Shown here piece by piece: positions 7,779 through 18,693 of a stretch of DNA of 64,000 bases (position 1 is its first letter; each line of letters starts with the position of its first letter). The notes under the pieces were generated by a model, which saw nothing but the letters and a program-made list of their open reading frames with translations, was not told where the DNA came from and made no database searches. The stretch is taken from the NCBI GenBank assembly GCA_964542585.1, contig CAZIUI010000001.1:16824-80823 (forward strand). The letters run 5' to 3'. The DNA comes from an uncultured Sphingobacteriales bacterium. GTDB taxonomy: Bacteria > Bacteroidota > Bacteroidia > CAILMK01 > CAYYUA01. Position numbers and translations under genes: made by a program.

Positions 7779-10700
7779 ATGAAATTTCAATTACCTGCAC
7801 GCCTAGGCCTTTTTATTTGCTCATTTCTTTTAGCTCAAAACGTCCAGGCCCATTCATTTGATCAATTTACTAGTTCTGCTGAACCTGTCTTCCTGCCTAA
7901 CAAAGGGCAGGTAGCCAAACCCAATGGTAAAGTAGCAGATGAGGTTAAGTTTTACGCCACGGGTAATAACGTTACGGTTTACTTTCGTGAACAAGGTATT
8001 AGTTATAGTTTAACTGAAAATTCAAATACTCAACCTTCCGTAGCTGATCGTAGCAAAACAATTGAGTCCCTAAGCATTATCCAGAACCTCCTTTATAAGC
8101 AAAATAAAAAGGCCAATCCTGAAAAGGTTAAAGGTTTTCGCCTGGACATGAATTTTGACAACGCTTCATCAGAAGGTCACCTTGAAGGGGGAGTAAAAAC
8201 CGGTGGGCAATTCAATTTTTATTATCCCCGTTGCCCAAACGGTGTAACTGATATTCAAGGACACAAAACCCTGACTTACCGGGATGTCTACGAAGGTGTT
8301 GATATCCGTTTTTATTTCAAAGAAGGGCAATTGAAGTACGATATTCAGGTTCAACCAAGGGGAAATCCCGATAAAATCCAATTTAACTTTAAGCCCAAAT
8401 CGTCCATCCAATTAAGCCGTGGCAAAAGGGGATTAGCCGTTATCACGCCCGTAGATACGCTTCATGAATCCATCCCAAAAGCCTACCAAATCCGGGATGG
8501 GCAGCGCTCAAAAGTAACCTGCCAATACAAACTCAATGGCAGTAAAAAGGTTAAGCTTCAAGTAGGTCCGAACTACAACAGCCAAAAGCCCTTAACCATT
8601 GATCCGCTTGTAAGAAGCTGGGCTACTTTAACCGGTGGAACTGTAAATGATGTTGCGGTTGACCAAAATTCCAACGTTTACTTAACAGGAAATATCGAAA
8701 ACTCAAATTTAAATGTCACCTTCACACCCTCCCCTGGAGCTTTTCAAGGGGTTTCAAAAGGTCCTCAGGATATTTTTTTATCTAAGTTCGATTCGAGTGG
8801 TTCCAGAATATGGGCAACTTACTATGGGGGTAAAACTTCTGGTTTGAATTTTGAAAATGAAACCGGACTCGGTGTAGCCGTCAAACAAGGAATGGTGGCT
8901 TTTACGGGGAAAACCCAGAATAGCAATTTCCCGATTTCCAATGGAGCTTATCAGTCAAAAATAGGGGGCAGCGCTAGTATAAATGAAAACGATGCCTTTT
9001 TAGTCGTTTTTGATACCGCTGGCAACCGCAAATGGGCCACTTTTTTTGGTGGGCGTTCAATAGAAGTAGGCTTTGATGTTGCCATTTCTAAACAAGGCAG
9101 GATTGCTTTCACGGGAAAAACCAAAAGCTCAAACTTCCCGGTTACAGGCAACGCCTATGACCAAAGCTATGGTTGTGCTTCTTGTCTTTATGCCTACTTT
9201 ACCATTTTTAACAAAAAGGGAAAGCTAGCCTACAGCAGTTACTTTGGAGGAAACCAAGAAGACGTGGGCAGAGCAATTGACTTTAACCAGCAAGGGGACC
9301 TTGCCATTGCCGGCCAAACCAATAGCTCTAACATATTAAAACGAAATAGTTACCAAAAAAAGCTAAAAGGAAAGGACGCTTTCATTAGTGTTTTATCCAA
9401 TAGTTTCAACCTGATTGAATTCTCTACACTTTTGGGTGGTACTAAAGAAGATGTCATAAATGGGATAAGTTTCAAGAATGATAAGGTTTACTTTGGCGGC
9501 TATGGCGGGAAAAATTTTCCCACCACTGCCCATGCTTTCAAGAAAACTTTCAAAGGTTTATTTAGAAAAAGGTCTAGTGTTGTGGGTAAAATCAGCACAG
9601 CCGGTCAATTAGGTTGGTCAACTTATTTTGGAGAATCATTTCTTAACTACGGTGGGGGTAATGGGGGAATTGCAGCAGTTTCATTTAAAAAAGGAAAAGG
9701 GTTACATTTTATAGGACAAGATCCTTATTTTAGGGCTAGATACCCAGTAACCCCCGATGCATTTTCAAAAGGTGGCATTGATACCGAGGTTGTATTTGGC
9801 AAGTTTAGCTCATCCGGGGTGCTCCAGTATTCTTCTTATTACTTAGGAGAATGGTCTTTTGGTTCTGATGGCGAAACAGCTGGTATTTCGGTTGATAACA
9901 ATGGCAATGTTTACTTTGGGAATAATTATAGAGGTTTCGGTAATGGTGCCCCGTCCTCCTTTCTTAAGAATGCCTATAAGACTAAATCAGGTGGAGGTGT
10001 TGCTGCTAAGTTTTCTGAATGCATCGTTGATAGTCTTTCTGCCAATAGTAAAAATCCGACCAAAAGCTGTTTTTTTAATTCTGCAAAATTTACGGCGGAC
10101 TCCGGCTATACTTCTTATCGGTGGTATCAAAAAGGAAAGAACAAAATATTAGACAAAGACAGAACCGCAAGTTTTAGTAACAAAGGTGAGTATATTCTTA
10201 GAGCTACATTAGCCTCTGGATGTACGGGCTATGATACGGTTTATGTTTTTAACGACAGTAGCTTTTTAAAAGCTCCTTTGCTTAAGAGTACTCAAACTAT
10301 TGCAGACTCGGTGATTAAAATAAGGTTTAGCCCGGGCATACCAAGTTCAATCTTTAGCCAGTACACCATTTATCGAAAGCCAATTAGCAAGAATAAATTC
10401 AAAGCTATTTCTAAAATAAATGAATACAAAGACACCGTATACCAAGATAGCTCCGCTCAACAGGCTGATGAAGTAGCTTACACTTACTATGTATCGGCTA
10501 AGACTCGCTGTGGTGACTCTGTGTTAAAAAGCAATGAGCTCAGCAGTATCGTTTTGGACACGCTAAGCCGCACTTCAGATTCTGTTGTTCTCACATGGAA
10601 CAAACCTTCAGATAGTTTCTCAGGAACTTATCGTTTAGTCAATGATCATGGAGCAAGCCCTAAAACCTTGGGCAATGTTACAGACTCCCTGCTAGCTGTT

Positions 10701-13700
10701 AATCGTTGCAGAGCCGCTGGATTTAATCAAATCACTTATACACGGCAATCATCCAATGGCACTAGTAATAAAAAGGGTCTAAGGCCATCACCTGCTGTAA
10801 ATTTTAAGCAAGCCAGTGTTAAGGACAGCCAACGCATTAAGCTGGAATGGAAGCCATTTTCCGCAAAAAGCATTGCCTATGGCTACATCGTTGAGCGAAA
10901 ACAGCAAAGCGGGGGTTTTCAAATCACAGATACCATTCGCGGTAGACTAAATACCACTTACACTGACGTTTTTTCGAATGACCTCAAACGTTCCCAGTGC
11001 TATCGCATAAAGCCGCTCGATTCGTGTTCAAACAATACACCGCTTCCATCCGATACCCATTGCACGATGTACCTTACTTCGGATACCACCAGTTGTAGAC
11101 AGTTTGTGACTTTAAACTGGGATGCCTATGTTGGTTTTGATAGTATTAAGCAATACCGCTTATACCGAAAGGTGGATGGGAACAATCGTAACTTACTGGG
11201 TTCAGTTCAAGGTGATACCACCAAATATAGCGATACCATTTCGGATAATCGTTTTACTTATCGTTATGAAGTTGTTGCAATCGCAGCTAATCAAGCGGCT
11301 AAATCCAGTTCCAATAAAACAACAGCAAGGGTTTTTAGGCCTAACACCCCTCCACTGAAAGCTGTTAGTAAAACCGTCTCAGGCCAGAATTTTGGCCAAG
11401 TCAAAATTAAATGGAACAATCAAGAAGGTAAGCCAAAGATCAATTTTCAGAAGCTGTACTACAAAGCCTCTGACTCCAGCAATTTTAATTTATTAGCGGA
11501 TAGCCTACCCCTCACACAAGACACCTTTATTCACGAAAAATTAAATACGGTAGATAAGGATTACCGCTACTACCTAACCAATGTGGATAGCTGCGGTAAT
11601 GAATCAGACTCATCGATCATTCATAAAACCATTAATCTGAGCGTTGAAAAGGGTAATCTTCTTAACAGGCTTAATTGGACGACTTACCAAGGTTTTCCGG
11701 TTCAACAATACAAGGTTCAGAAGGCAGTAAATGGCGGGCTTTTCCGCAATCTTGCAACGTTAGATGGAAATGATACTACGCTTGTGGACTCCAATATTCG
11801 ATGCGGAGAAGCGTATAGCTATAAGATTATTGCCGATGGCAAGAAACCCCAGCAGCAATCTACTTCTGACACCGTTATTAAAATTGGATTTGACTCCATT
11901 CCCCCTGACCAGCCCAATTTACTGCAGGCGTCCGTAAAGACGACTAGCGTTAACCAAGGTTCAATTGAGCTCTTATTGAATGGGGCTTCACAAGCTAACA
12001 GAAAGGGCTATGTGATCAGGTATAAAAGAGGTGGTGGCTTCAATCCTCTGGACACGATTCTGACAGCCCAGCAAACCAACTTGAGCTACTCTGCTAACCA
12101 ATTCAATACAGCGGATACTAGTCAAGCTTTTTACATCCAAACCATTGATAGCTGCAATAACATTAGCCCGCCCAGCGATACCCACCGAACCATTGCATTA
12201 ACGGCCAAACCTCAGAATAACTATGTTCAGCTAAGCTGGTCAGCCTACCAGAAATGGGATGACCGTACCTATCAAATTCAAAGAAAGCAAGGTGGTACCG
12301 CTTGGGAAACTTTAACTACTAAGGATAGTAGCACGCTGAGCTACAGGGACTCCGGAGTGAAATGCGGTGAGGAATACATTTATCGTATAGTTGGGGAAGA
12401 GGTCAACACCAGTTATCGGGTCTTTTCAAATACCGATTCAGCGACAGGATTCGAGACGGTGTCGCCAACACCTCCCGAATTGAAAAGCGCTTCTGTAACG
12501 GAAACCGGATCCGGTAACGGCCGCGTCAAGATTAACTGGAACCGCTCAAATTCACCGGATGCCGAAAGCAATTTCATTTACCGCAGTTTAGATGGCCAAA
12601 ACTATCAGCTGTTGGATACCATTAATGGTACGACTTATACTGACCAAGGGCTGAACACTTACAACCAAACCTATTATTACCGCCTTAAAGCGATTGATAG
12701 CTGCAACAATATCAGTGACAGCTTTTCAATACCTCATCTGACGATCAACTTAAACGCCAGTGGAAGTGAGGAAGCCATTTTCCTAAATTGGACAGCTTAT
12801 GAAGGGCAGCCTGTTAAAAAATATCAGGTGTTGAGAGGCTCGGATGTGCTTTACACAGTCAGTGACTCCCAAACTTTTTTAAGGGATGAAAAAGTGGTTT
12901 GCGATACCTTCTACGATTATCAGGTACGCGCTATCCTGGGTAAAGATACGAGCACTCAGGTATTATCAAATACTGACAGCGCCAAAGCTACGGATAACAC
13001 AGCTCCCCAGTCAGTTTATCTTCAAAGAGCTTCGGTATCCGTGTTTAACAAAGTAGTAGAACTCAAGTGGAAAGCCAGCCGAGCCTATGATGCGAGGATG
13101 TATCAAGTTTACCGCCGAAACAACAACACCGGTAAATTGACCCCTATAGCACAGGTGGCGCATCCCAAAACCACCTACACTGATAGTTTTGCAATTGGTG
13201 ATCGGGAGCTATGCTATTTTGTGAGGGTAAAAGATGCTTGCGGAAACGTTAGTGAGTTCAGTAACCGCGGGTGTATCATGCAGCTCAAGGGTAAAGCTCT
13301 AAAACTTAAAAATGAGCTTACCTGGCCCTCCTACCAGAAGTGGCGAAAAGGGACGCAGGTCTACGAAGTCTTAAGGCAACAAACAGACAGCACTTATAAG
13401 CGCTTAGGGACGCTTGATAGTAGTCAAAATCTTTTTGTGGACGAAAACCTGGTAGATTCGGCTGATAAATTTTGCTACTTTGTAAGAGCAAAAGGCATTG
13501 GTGCTGAAAATTACAGCCGCTCTACCCGCATTTGCTTGCAACAGTCAGCGGTGGTTTACATTCCAAACACTTTCTCACCAAAGACCACATCTGGATTGAA
13601 TGATCAATTTGGGCCTGAAGGTTTATACATTAAAAACTACCAGATGCAAATCTTCAATCGCTGGGGTGAAAAAGTTTTTAGTACGAACAGTGGTGAGCAG

Positions 13701-13820
13701 TGGGACGGGACATATAAAGGCAAGGTAGTTCAACCTGGTCTTTATCACTACCGTATCAAGATCCTTAGTGAAGATGGTGGCCAACAAACTTATGACGGGC
13801 AGCTGAATGTGTTGCGGTGA
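7779..13820 (+). CDS. Giant T9SS-secreted surface protein/adhesin (SBBP beta-propeller repeats, Ig/Fn3-like array, type B gliding-motility C-terminal domain)
   Basis: ATG at 7779 gives the signal peptide MKFQLPARLGLFICSFLLAQNVQA. Repeated SBBP-like units (NVYLTG...SNFP..GAYQ) occur at roughly aa 300-760. A long Fn3-like array follows. The C-terminus VVYIPNTFSP...NDQF...IFNRWGEKVF...WDG...G.Y.Y...G.L.V.R matches the T9SS type B (CHU_C) sorting domain. Confidence 0.85.
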   Translation: MKFQLPARLGLFICSFLLAQNVQAHSFDQFTSSAEPVFLPNKGQVAKPNGKVADEVKFYATGNNVTVYFREQGISYSLTENSNTQPSVADRSKTIESLSIIQNLLYKQNKKANPEKVKGFRLDMNFDNASSEGHLEGGVKTGGQFNFYYPRCPNGVTDIQGHKTLTYRDVYEGVDIRFYFKEGQLKYDIQVQPRGNPDKIQFNFKPKSSIQLSRGKRGLAVITPVDTLHESIPKAYQIRDGQRSKVTCQYKLNGSKKVKLQVGPNYNSQKPLTIDPLVRSWATLTGGTVNDVAVDQNSNVYLTGNIENSNLNVTFTPSPGAFQGVSKGPQDIFLSKFDSSGSRIWATYYGGKTSGLNFENETGLGVAVKQGMVAFTGKTQNSNFPISNGAYQSKIGGSASINENDAFLVVFDTAGNRKWATFFGGRSIEVGFDVAISKQGRIAFTGKTKSSNFPVTGNAYDQSYGCASCLYAYFTIFNKKGKLAYSSYFGGNQEDVGRAIDFNQQGDLAIAGQTNSSNILKRNSYQKKLKGKDAFISVLSNSFNLIEFSTLLGGTKEDVINGISFKNDKVYFGGYGGKNFPTTAHAFKKTFKGLFRKRSSVVGKISTAGQLGWSTYFGESFLNYGGGNGGIAAVSFKKGKGLHFIGQDPYFRARYPVTPDAFSKGGIDTEVVFGKFSSSGVLQYSSYYLGEWSFGSDGETAGISVDNNGNVYFGNNYRGFGNGAPSSFLKNAYKTKSGGGVAAKFSECIVDSLSANSKNPTKSCFFNSAKFTADSGYTSYRWYQKGKNKILDKDRTASFSNKGEYILRATLASGCTGYDTVYVFNDSSFLKAPLLKSTQTIADSVIKIRFSPGIPSSIFSQYTIYRKPISKNKFKAISKINEYKDTVYQDSSAQQADEVAYTYYVSAKTRCGDSVLKSNELSSIVLDTLSRTSDSVVLTWNKPSDSFSGTYRLVNDHGASPKTLGNVTDSLLAVNRCRAAGFNQITYTRQSSNGTSNKKGLRPSPAVNFKQASVKDSQRIKLEWKPFSAKSIAYGYIVERKQQSGGFQITDTIRGRLNTTYTDVFSNDLKRSQCYRIKPLDSCSNNTPLPSDTHCTMYLTSDTTSCRQFVTLNWDAYVGFDSIKQYRLYRKVDGNNRNLLGSVQGDTTKYSDTISDNRFTYRYEVVAIAANQAAKSSSNKTTARVFRPNTPPLKAVSKTVSGQNFGQVKIKWNNQEGKPKINFQKLYYKASDSSNFNLLADSLPLTQDTFIHEKLNTVDKDYRYYLTNVDSCGNESDSSIIHKTINLSVEKGNLLNRLNWTTYQGFPVQQYKVQKAVNGGLFRNLATLDGNDTTLVDSNIRCGEAYSYKIIADGKKPQQQSTSDTVIKIGFDSIPPDQPNLLQASVKTTSVNQGSIELLLNGASQANRKGYVIRYKRGGGFNPLDTILTAQQTNLSYSANQFNTADTSQAFYIQTIDSCNNISPPSDTHRTIALTAKPQNNYVQLSWSAYQKWDDRTYQIQRKQGGTAWETLTTKDSSTLSYRDSGVKCGEEYIYRIVGEEVNTSYRVFSNTDSATGFETVSPTPPELKSASVTETGSGNGRVKINWNRSNSPDAESNFIYRSLDGQNYQLLDTINGTTYTDQGLNTYNQTYYYRLKAIDSCNNISDSFSIPHLTINLNASGSEEAIFLNWTAYEGQPVKKYQVLRGSDVLYTVSDSQTFLRDEKVVCDTFYDYQVRAILGKDTSTQVLSNTDSAKATDNTAPQSVYLQRASVSVFNKVVELKWKASRAYDARMYQVYRRNNNTGKLTPIAQVAHPKTTYTDSFAIGDRELCYFVRVKDACGNVSEFSNRGCIMQLKGKALKLKNELTWPSYQKWRKGTQVYEVLRQQTDSTYKRLGTLDSSQNLFVDENLVDSADKFCYFVRAKGIGAENYSRSTRICLQQSAVVYIPNTFSPKTTSGLNDQFGPEGLYIKNYQMQIFNRWGEKVFSTNSGEQWDGTYKGKVVQPGLYHYRIKILSEDGGQQTYDGQLNVLR
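10270..13545 (+). repeat. In-frame protein super-repeat (~185 aa, two alternating Fn3-like domain types) inside the adhesin gene
   Basis: The D-(S/A)-C-x-N codon motif recurs at nt 11018, 11586, 12147, 12695 and 13233, giving spacings of 568, 561, 548 and 538 nt. These alternate with a second module type lacking the Cys (YRYEVVA, YSYKIIA, YIYRIVG, YDYQVRA, FCYFVRA). Confidence 0.65.
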
Positions 13821-13833
13821 AGGCTTTAAAAAC

Positions 13834-13853
13834 CATTTGGTTTTTACCAAATG
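13834..13853. terminator. Hairpin between convergent adhesin and dnaB genes
   Basis: catttggt-tttt-accaaatg forms an 8-bp perfect stem. On the minus strand it is followed by a T run (ggtttttaaagcc), so it fits best as the dnaB terminator. Confidence 0.45.
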
Positions 13854-13859
13854 CTAATG

Positions 13860-15365
13860 CTAAAAGGGAGCATTATCGGTGCTTTCTGACTCGTCCTCAT
13901 TGTTTATTCGGGATTCCCGCGTTATCATGTTGGCTGCTCCGGGAGTTTGATTACTATACTCATCGTAGTCGTCAAACTTGGCAAACTTGTTAATAAACTT
14001 AGCTGGAACGGTTGTAACGCTGCCATGGCGGTTTTTGGCTATGATCAATTCTGCCATTCCTTCAGTAGGATTCCCTTCCTCATCTTCTGTTATGCCGTAA
14101 TATTCAGGACGGTATAGAAAAAGCACTTGATCCGCATCCTGCTCGATTGAGCCGGATTCTCTTAGATCAGAAAGGATCGGCCGTTTGGAACCTCCCCTGG
14201 TTTCTACAGCACGGCTAAGCTGGGATAGTCCAATAACCGGGATTTGCAATTCTTTAGCAATGCCTTTCATTGCGCGGGATATGGAGCTGATTTCTTGCTC
14301 TCTGTTGCCCTGTTGCTTGTTATCGCTCTGGGCACTCATGAGCTGTAAATAGTCAACGATCACCAATTGAATATCATTTTGTGCCTTGAGTCGCCGGCAT
14401 TTAGCCCTTAGCTCAAAAATATTGATGGCGGGGGTGTCATCAATGTAAATTGGGGCTTCGCTAAGCTGCCCTATTTTTACGTTCATTTGCGTCCATTCAT
14501 GAGGCTCTAGGTTACCATGTCTCAACTTCTGGGCATCGATCTCTGCTTCTGCTGAAATGAGGCGATGTACAAGCTGCAATGCGGACATTTCGAGGGAAAA
14601 GATCGCTACAGCATGCCCAAAATCAACAGCAGCATTTCTGGCTAATGATAGGACAAAAGAAGTTTTCCCCATGCCAGGACGAGAGGCTGTCACGATAAAA
14701 TCGGAAGGCTGCCAGCCAGAGGTGTTCCGGTCCAAACTGGTAAAGCCGGATGGGATCCCGGAGAGGTTATCCTGATTTTGGTTAAGCTCTTCAATGTTTC
14801 GGATCGCTTTGGCAATGAGTTCACTCATGGATTCATAAGAGCTCCTCAGGTTACCCTGGGTGACATCAAAAAGCTCCTTTTCCGTTTTGTCCAAGAGGTC
14901 AAAGACATCTGTCGTATCCTGGTACGCTTTTCCCTGGATTTCGGATGAAATGCGGATCAATTCCCGAAGAATGTGTTTTTCAGCTACAATGCGGGCGTGG
15001 TATTCAATGTTAGCCGTAGATCCTACTTTGTTGGTTAACTCACTGATCACGGCCGGCCCGCCTACAAGCTCCAGCTTGCCATCCGATCTTAATTGATTGG
15101 TAACGGTAAGGAGATCCACCGGCTCTGATTGCTCAAAAAGGGTTATGATTGCCAGATAAATCTCCTTGTGGGCTTCCTTGTAAAAGCTTTCCGGCCTTAA
15201 AACATCCAATACAAGGCTGATGGCATTTTTTTCAAGCATTAGCGCACCAAGAATGGCTTCTTCCAGATCAGTTGCCTGGGGTGGCATTTTACCTATTTGT
15301 TCAAGGCCTGGCTGCTGGCTTTTTTGCTGTACACGTTCCCGGAAAGATTCTGGCTTATCGCTCAT
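13860..15365 (-). CDS. dnaB: Replicative DNA helicase
   Basis: DnaB N-terminal domain (PPQATDLEEAILGALM), Walker A GMGKTSF, SLEMS, IVDYLQLM, LSQLSR. Confidence 0.95.
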   Translation of the reverse strand: MSDKPESFRERVQQKSQQPGLEQIGKMPPQATDLEEAILGALMLEKNAISLVLDVLRPESFYKEAHKEIYLAIITLFEQSEPVDLLTVTNQLRSDGKLELVGGPAVISELTNKVGSTANIEYHARIVAEKHILRELIRISSEIQGKAYQDTTDVFDLLDKTEKELFDVTQGNLRSSYESMSELIAKAIRNIEELNQNQDNLSGIPSGFTSLDRNTSGWQPSDFIVTASRPGMGKTSFVLSLARNAAVDFGHAVAIFSLEMSALQLVHRLISAEAEIDAQKLRHGNLEPHEWTQMNVKIGQLSEAPIYIDDTPAINIFELRAKCRRLKAQNDIQLVIVDYLQLMSAQSDNKQQGNREQEISSISRAMKGIAKELQIPVIGLSQLSRAVETRGGSKRPILSDLRESGSIEQDADQVLFLYRPEYYGITEDEEGNPTEGMAELIIAKNRHGSVTTVPAKFINKFAKFDDYDEYSNQTPGAANMITRESRINNEDESESTDNAPF

Positions 15366-15800
15366 GCACTATATTTTAGGTATGATTTATTTTGATCATC
15401 CTTAGGAAGAAAGCGAATGCCTTACTTCTTATGGAAAATCCTTTTGGGCCGATAAAATTCGTTTTAGAAAAACTTGTGAGTCAGTTAATTAGCCGTTTAG
15501 TCGGATGCATGAAGGTAGTTATACAAAATGTCATAAACAAACTTGCTTTGGCAAGGTATTAGCCTAATACTTTTAAAAAGATTGATTTTAGTCGGTAAAT
15601 TGGCAATGGATTTAGCTCAAAATACGAAATGCTGCTTTTTAAAACATAGATTTGCAAAAAACATGGAGACCCTGGACGAAATCTTGTATAGACAAACGAT
15701 TCATAAAGGGAGATTGTTAGCCCAGACAAAACATGATTAGCGGTATTCTGTTAAAATTTCATTAATTCATTACTTTACCAATAGTAAAAACTTAAGCTTT

Positions 15801-18383
15801 ATGGAAGCTAAATTTTCGCCCCGGGTACGTGATGTTATCAGTTACAGCCGGGAAGAAGCCATCCGCCTAGGTCATGATTACATAGGTACCGAACATCTGC
15901 TATTAGGCTTACTCCGTGAAGGAGAAGGTAAAGCCATTAAAACATTAGAGGGTTTGGATGTAGATGTCATACGTCTTAAAAAATCCATAGAAGATGCCAT
16001 CAAAAACACGGCTTCGCACAAGAATGTTACCGGCAATATTCCGCTAACAAAACAGTCGGAGAAGGTTCTCAAGGTTACATACCTGGAAGCTAAAATTTTT
16101 AAAAGCGATGTTATTGGAACAGAGCATTTATTGCTTTCCATCCTTAGGGATGAAGATAACATTGCTGCACAAATCCTAAATCAATACGCTATCACTTACG
16201 AAACATTCAAAGAGCAATTGGAAGACAGTTTTTATTCCCCTAAATCAGAGAGCTCTCAAGAGCCTCCTGAAGATGACTTTAGTAAAGAAGGCGGTCAATC
16301 CGGTAAAGGTCAGTCCGGTAGCAAAAAACAAGAGTCTAAGTCCAAAACCCCTGTGCTTGACAACTTTGGACGTGATTTGACAAAAGCTGGTGAAGATGAC
16401 AAGTTAGATCCTATTGTTGGCCGTGAAAAAGAAATTGAGCGGGTTTCCCAGATCCTTTCCAGGCGTAAAAAGAACAACCCTGTGCTGATAGGAGAGCCTG
16501 GCGTTGGAAAAACAGCCATTGCTGAGGGCTTGGCCCTGAAAATCATTCAACGTAAGGTTTCTCGAATCTTATTCAACAAGCGAATTCTGACCTTGGATTT
16601 AGCTTCATTGGTAGCGGGCACTAAATACCGCGGCCAGTTTGAGGAACGGATGAAAGCGGTCATGAATGAGCTGGAAAAGAATCCTGAGGTCATCCTTTTC
16701 ATTGATGAAATTCATACAATTATTGGAGCAGGGGGTGCGTCAGGATCCTTGGATGCTTCCAACATGTTTAAGCCAGCCCTTGCAAGTGGAACCATTCAGT
16801 GCATTGGTGCCACAACACTTGACGAATACAGGCAAAACATTGAAAAAGATGGTGCCCTTGACAGGCGCTTTCAGCCAGTGGTTGTGGAGCCAACCACTCC
16901 GGAAGAAACCAGGGAAATCCTTGATCAGGTCAAAGAAAAATATGAAGACCACCATTCGGTGTACTATACACCAGAGGCAGTTGAAGCCTGTGTAAGCATG
17001 AGTGAACGCTATATCAATGATCGCTATTTACCTGACAAGGCTATTGATGTCATGGATGAGGCTGGAGCCCGGGTTCACATCACAAATATTCATGTTCCCC
17101 AAAACATTTTAGACCTGGAGCAGCAAATTGAAGATATCAAGCAACAAAAAAACCAAGTGGTTAAAAGTCAGCAGTATGAAGAAGCTGCCCGCTTAAGGGA
17201 TCGAGAAAAACAACTTTTGGAAGAATTGGAGGAAGCTAAAAATAAGTGGGAAGAGGAGACCAAGCAACAGCGTTACACGGTCACCGAAGCTAGTGTAGCG
17301 GAAGTTATTGCTATGATGACCGGGGTGCCAACTAAGCGAATTTCCGAAGGTGAAGGTGCCAAGCTCCTGAACATGAATGAAGACCTGAAAAATAGTGTGG
17401 TAGGTCAGGATAAAGCCATTGATCGTTTGACAAGGGCTATTCACCGGACAAGGGCCGGTCTTAAAGATCCCAAAAAACCGATTGGTTCCTTTATATTCTT
17501 AGGACCTACTGGTGTCGGGAAAACGGAATTAGCAAAATCGCTCACCCAATACTTGTTTGATTCCGATGAATCCCTGATAAGGCTGGATATGAGCGAGTAC
17601 ATGGAAAAATTTGCCGTCTCGCGATTGGTTGGAGCACCACCAGGTTATGTTGGTTATGAAGAAGGTGGGCAGCTTACCGAGAAAGTTCGCCGGAAACCTT
17701 ACTCCGTTGTGCTTTTAGATGAGATTGAAAAAGCCCACCCCGATGTTTACAACATCCTTCTTCAAATCCTTGACGAAGGGTTTGTAACGGATAGCATGGG
17801 CCGCCGGATTGATTTCCGTAATACGGTTATTATCATGACTTCCAACATTGGAACGACTGAGCTTAAGAATTTCGGAGGTGGTGTTGGTTTCAATACCGCC
17901 AAGAATCAGGCAGAAGCGGAAGAAAAGAACAAGAGCGTTATTGAAAAAGCACTTAAACGCACTTTCTCTCCTGAGTTTCTGAATAGGATTGATGATGTTA
18001 TCGTGTTCAACAGCCTGACTAAAGCTGATATTCACCACATTATTGACCTGCAATTGGATATCTTGTTTAACCGGATCAAAGAAATGGGGTACCATGTAAA
18101 AGTCAGCAAGAAAGCCAAAGACTTCCTGACTGAAAAAGGATTTGATCCCCAATTTGGTGCGCGTCCATTGCAGCGAGTTATTCAAAAATACTTAGAAGAT
18201 AACATTGCTGAAGAGATCCTTCGCTCCGAAATTACTGAAGGTGATACAATTGCCGTAGAGTTGAGCAGCAATCAAAAGGAGTTGAAGGTGAAAGTTGAGA
18301 AAGGTGAACGAACAGAAAAGTCTCCCGAAGAAGAGAAGAATGATCAATCAACCTCTCAAGCTAGTGATGGGGAAGGAGGATAA
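15801..18383 (+). CDS. clpC: ATP-dependent Clp protease ATP-binding subunit (ClpC-type, two AAA+ modules)
   Basis: Two Clp_N repeats ([20 protein letters not shown]). Walker A motifs GEPGVGKTA and [13 protein letters not shown]-like motif [16 protein letters not shown] lies between the AAA modules. Confidence 0.9.
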   Translation: MEAKFSPRVRDVISYSREEAIRLGHDYIGTEHLLLGLLREGEGKAIKTLEGLDVDVIRLKKSIEDAIKNTASHKNVTGNIPLTKQSEKVLKVTYLEAKIFKSDVIGTEHLLLSILRDEDNIAAQILNQYAITYETFKEQLEDSFYSPKSESSQEPPEDDFSKEGGQSGKGQSGSKKQESKSKTPVLDNFGRDLTKAGEDDKLDPIVGREKEIERVSQILSRRKKNNPVLIGEPGVGKTAIAEGLALKIIQRKVSRILFNKRILTLDLASLVAGTKYRGQFEERMKAVMNELEKNPEVILFIDEIHTIIGAGGASGSLDASNMFKPALASGTIQCIGATTLDEYRQNIEKDGALDRRFQPVVVEPTTPEETREILDQVKEKYEDHHSVYYTPEAVEACVSMSERYINDRYLPDKAIDVMDEAGARVHITNIHVPQNILDLEQQIEDIKQQKNQVVKSQQYEEAARLRDREKQLLEELEEAKNKWEEETKQQRYTVTEASVAEVIAMMTGVPTKRISEGEGAKLLNMNEDLKNSVVGQDKAIDRLTRAIHRTRAGLKDPKKPIGSFIFLGPTGVGKTELAKSLTQYLFDSDESLIRLDMSEYMEKFAVSRLVGAPPGYVGYEEGGQLTEKVRRKPYSVVLLDEIEKAHPDVYNILLQILDEGFVTDSMGRRIDFRNTVIIMTSNIGTTELKNFGGGVGFNTAKNQAEAEEKNKSVIEKALKRTFSPEFLNRIDDVIVFNSLTKADIHHIIDLQLDILFNRIKEMGYHVKVSKKAKDFLTEKGFDPQFGARPLQRVIQKYLEDNIAEEILRSEITEGDTIAVELSSNQKELKVKVEKGERTEKSPEEEKNDQSTSQASDGEGG

Positions 18384-18416
18384 ATGAGGATGAGATTGGA
18401 AGGTTGATCAAAAAAA

Positions 18417-18445
18417 GCCTCCATCTTTTGATGGGGGCTTTTTTT
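18417..18445 (+). terminator. Rho-independent terminator of clpC
   Basis: gcctccatc-tttt-gatgggggc forms a 9-bp stem with one G-U pair, followed by T7. Confidence 0.75.
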
Positions 18446-18693
18446 GGTATCAGGTTCCAAGTGGAGTGGCTTGATTGATTTTAAAAGGCTCCATTATAGC
18501 CAAATACCCTCCAAAGATCAGATGGCTGAACCAAGGCTACGGGTATAGGTAGACCTTTTGGGATCATCGCTTTTGAGGTTATGGTTATTTTAGGGATTGC
18601 TTCGGATGTTAATTTAACATCAAAAATTAAGGCAGTCCACTGCAAAACCCTGCCAATGCAAACCATTATTACTGCTTCAAATTAAGCTTTGGC

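Noticed and set aside
15543-15740. A 65-aa ORF in the dnaB/clpC divergent spacer, and a TAGATTTG box at 15647-15654.
   Set aside because: The ORF starts with TTG, has no recognisable features, and has odd composition. The box is 147 nt from the clpC ATG without a -33 element, so neither is supported well enough to report.
17715-18185. Long antisense ORFs inside clpC (156 aa), nuoG (40589-41047, 152 aa), nuoCD (38060-38482, 140 aa) and other shadow ORFs in the track.
   Set aside because: Each lies fully inside and opposite a strongly supported gene. The products are low-complexity or unrecognisable, typical of shadow ORFs.
18481-18666. A 61-aa ORF and the 17-nt palindrome gatgttaatttaacatc (18605-18621) in the clpC/fabI convergent spacer. 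Also considered an ncRNA here.
   Set aside because: No RBS or family signal supports the ORF. The palindrome has a 1-nt centre, so it cannot form a stable hairpin. I recognised no known RNA motif such as SRP, 6S, tmRNA or RNase P.
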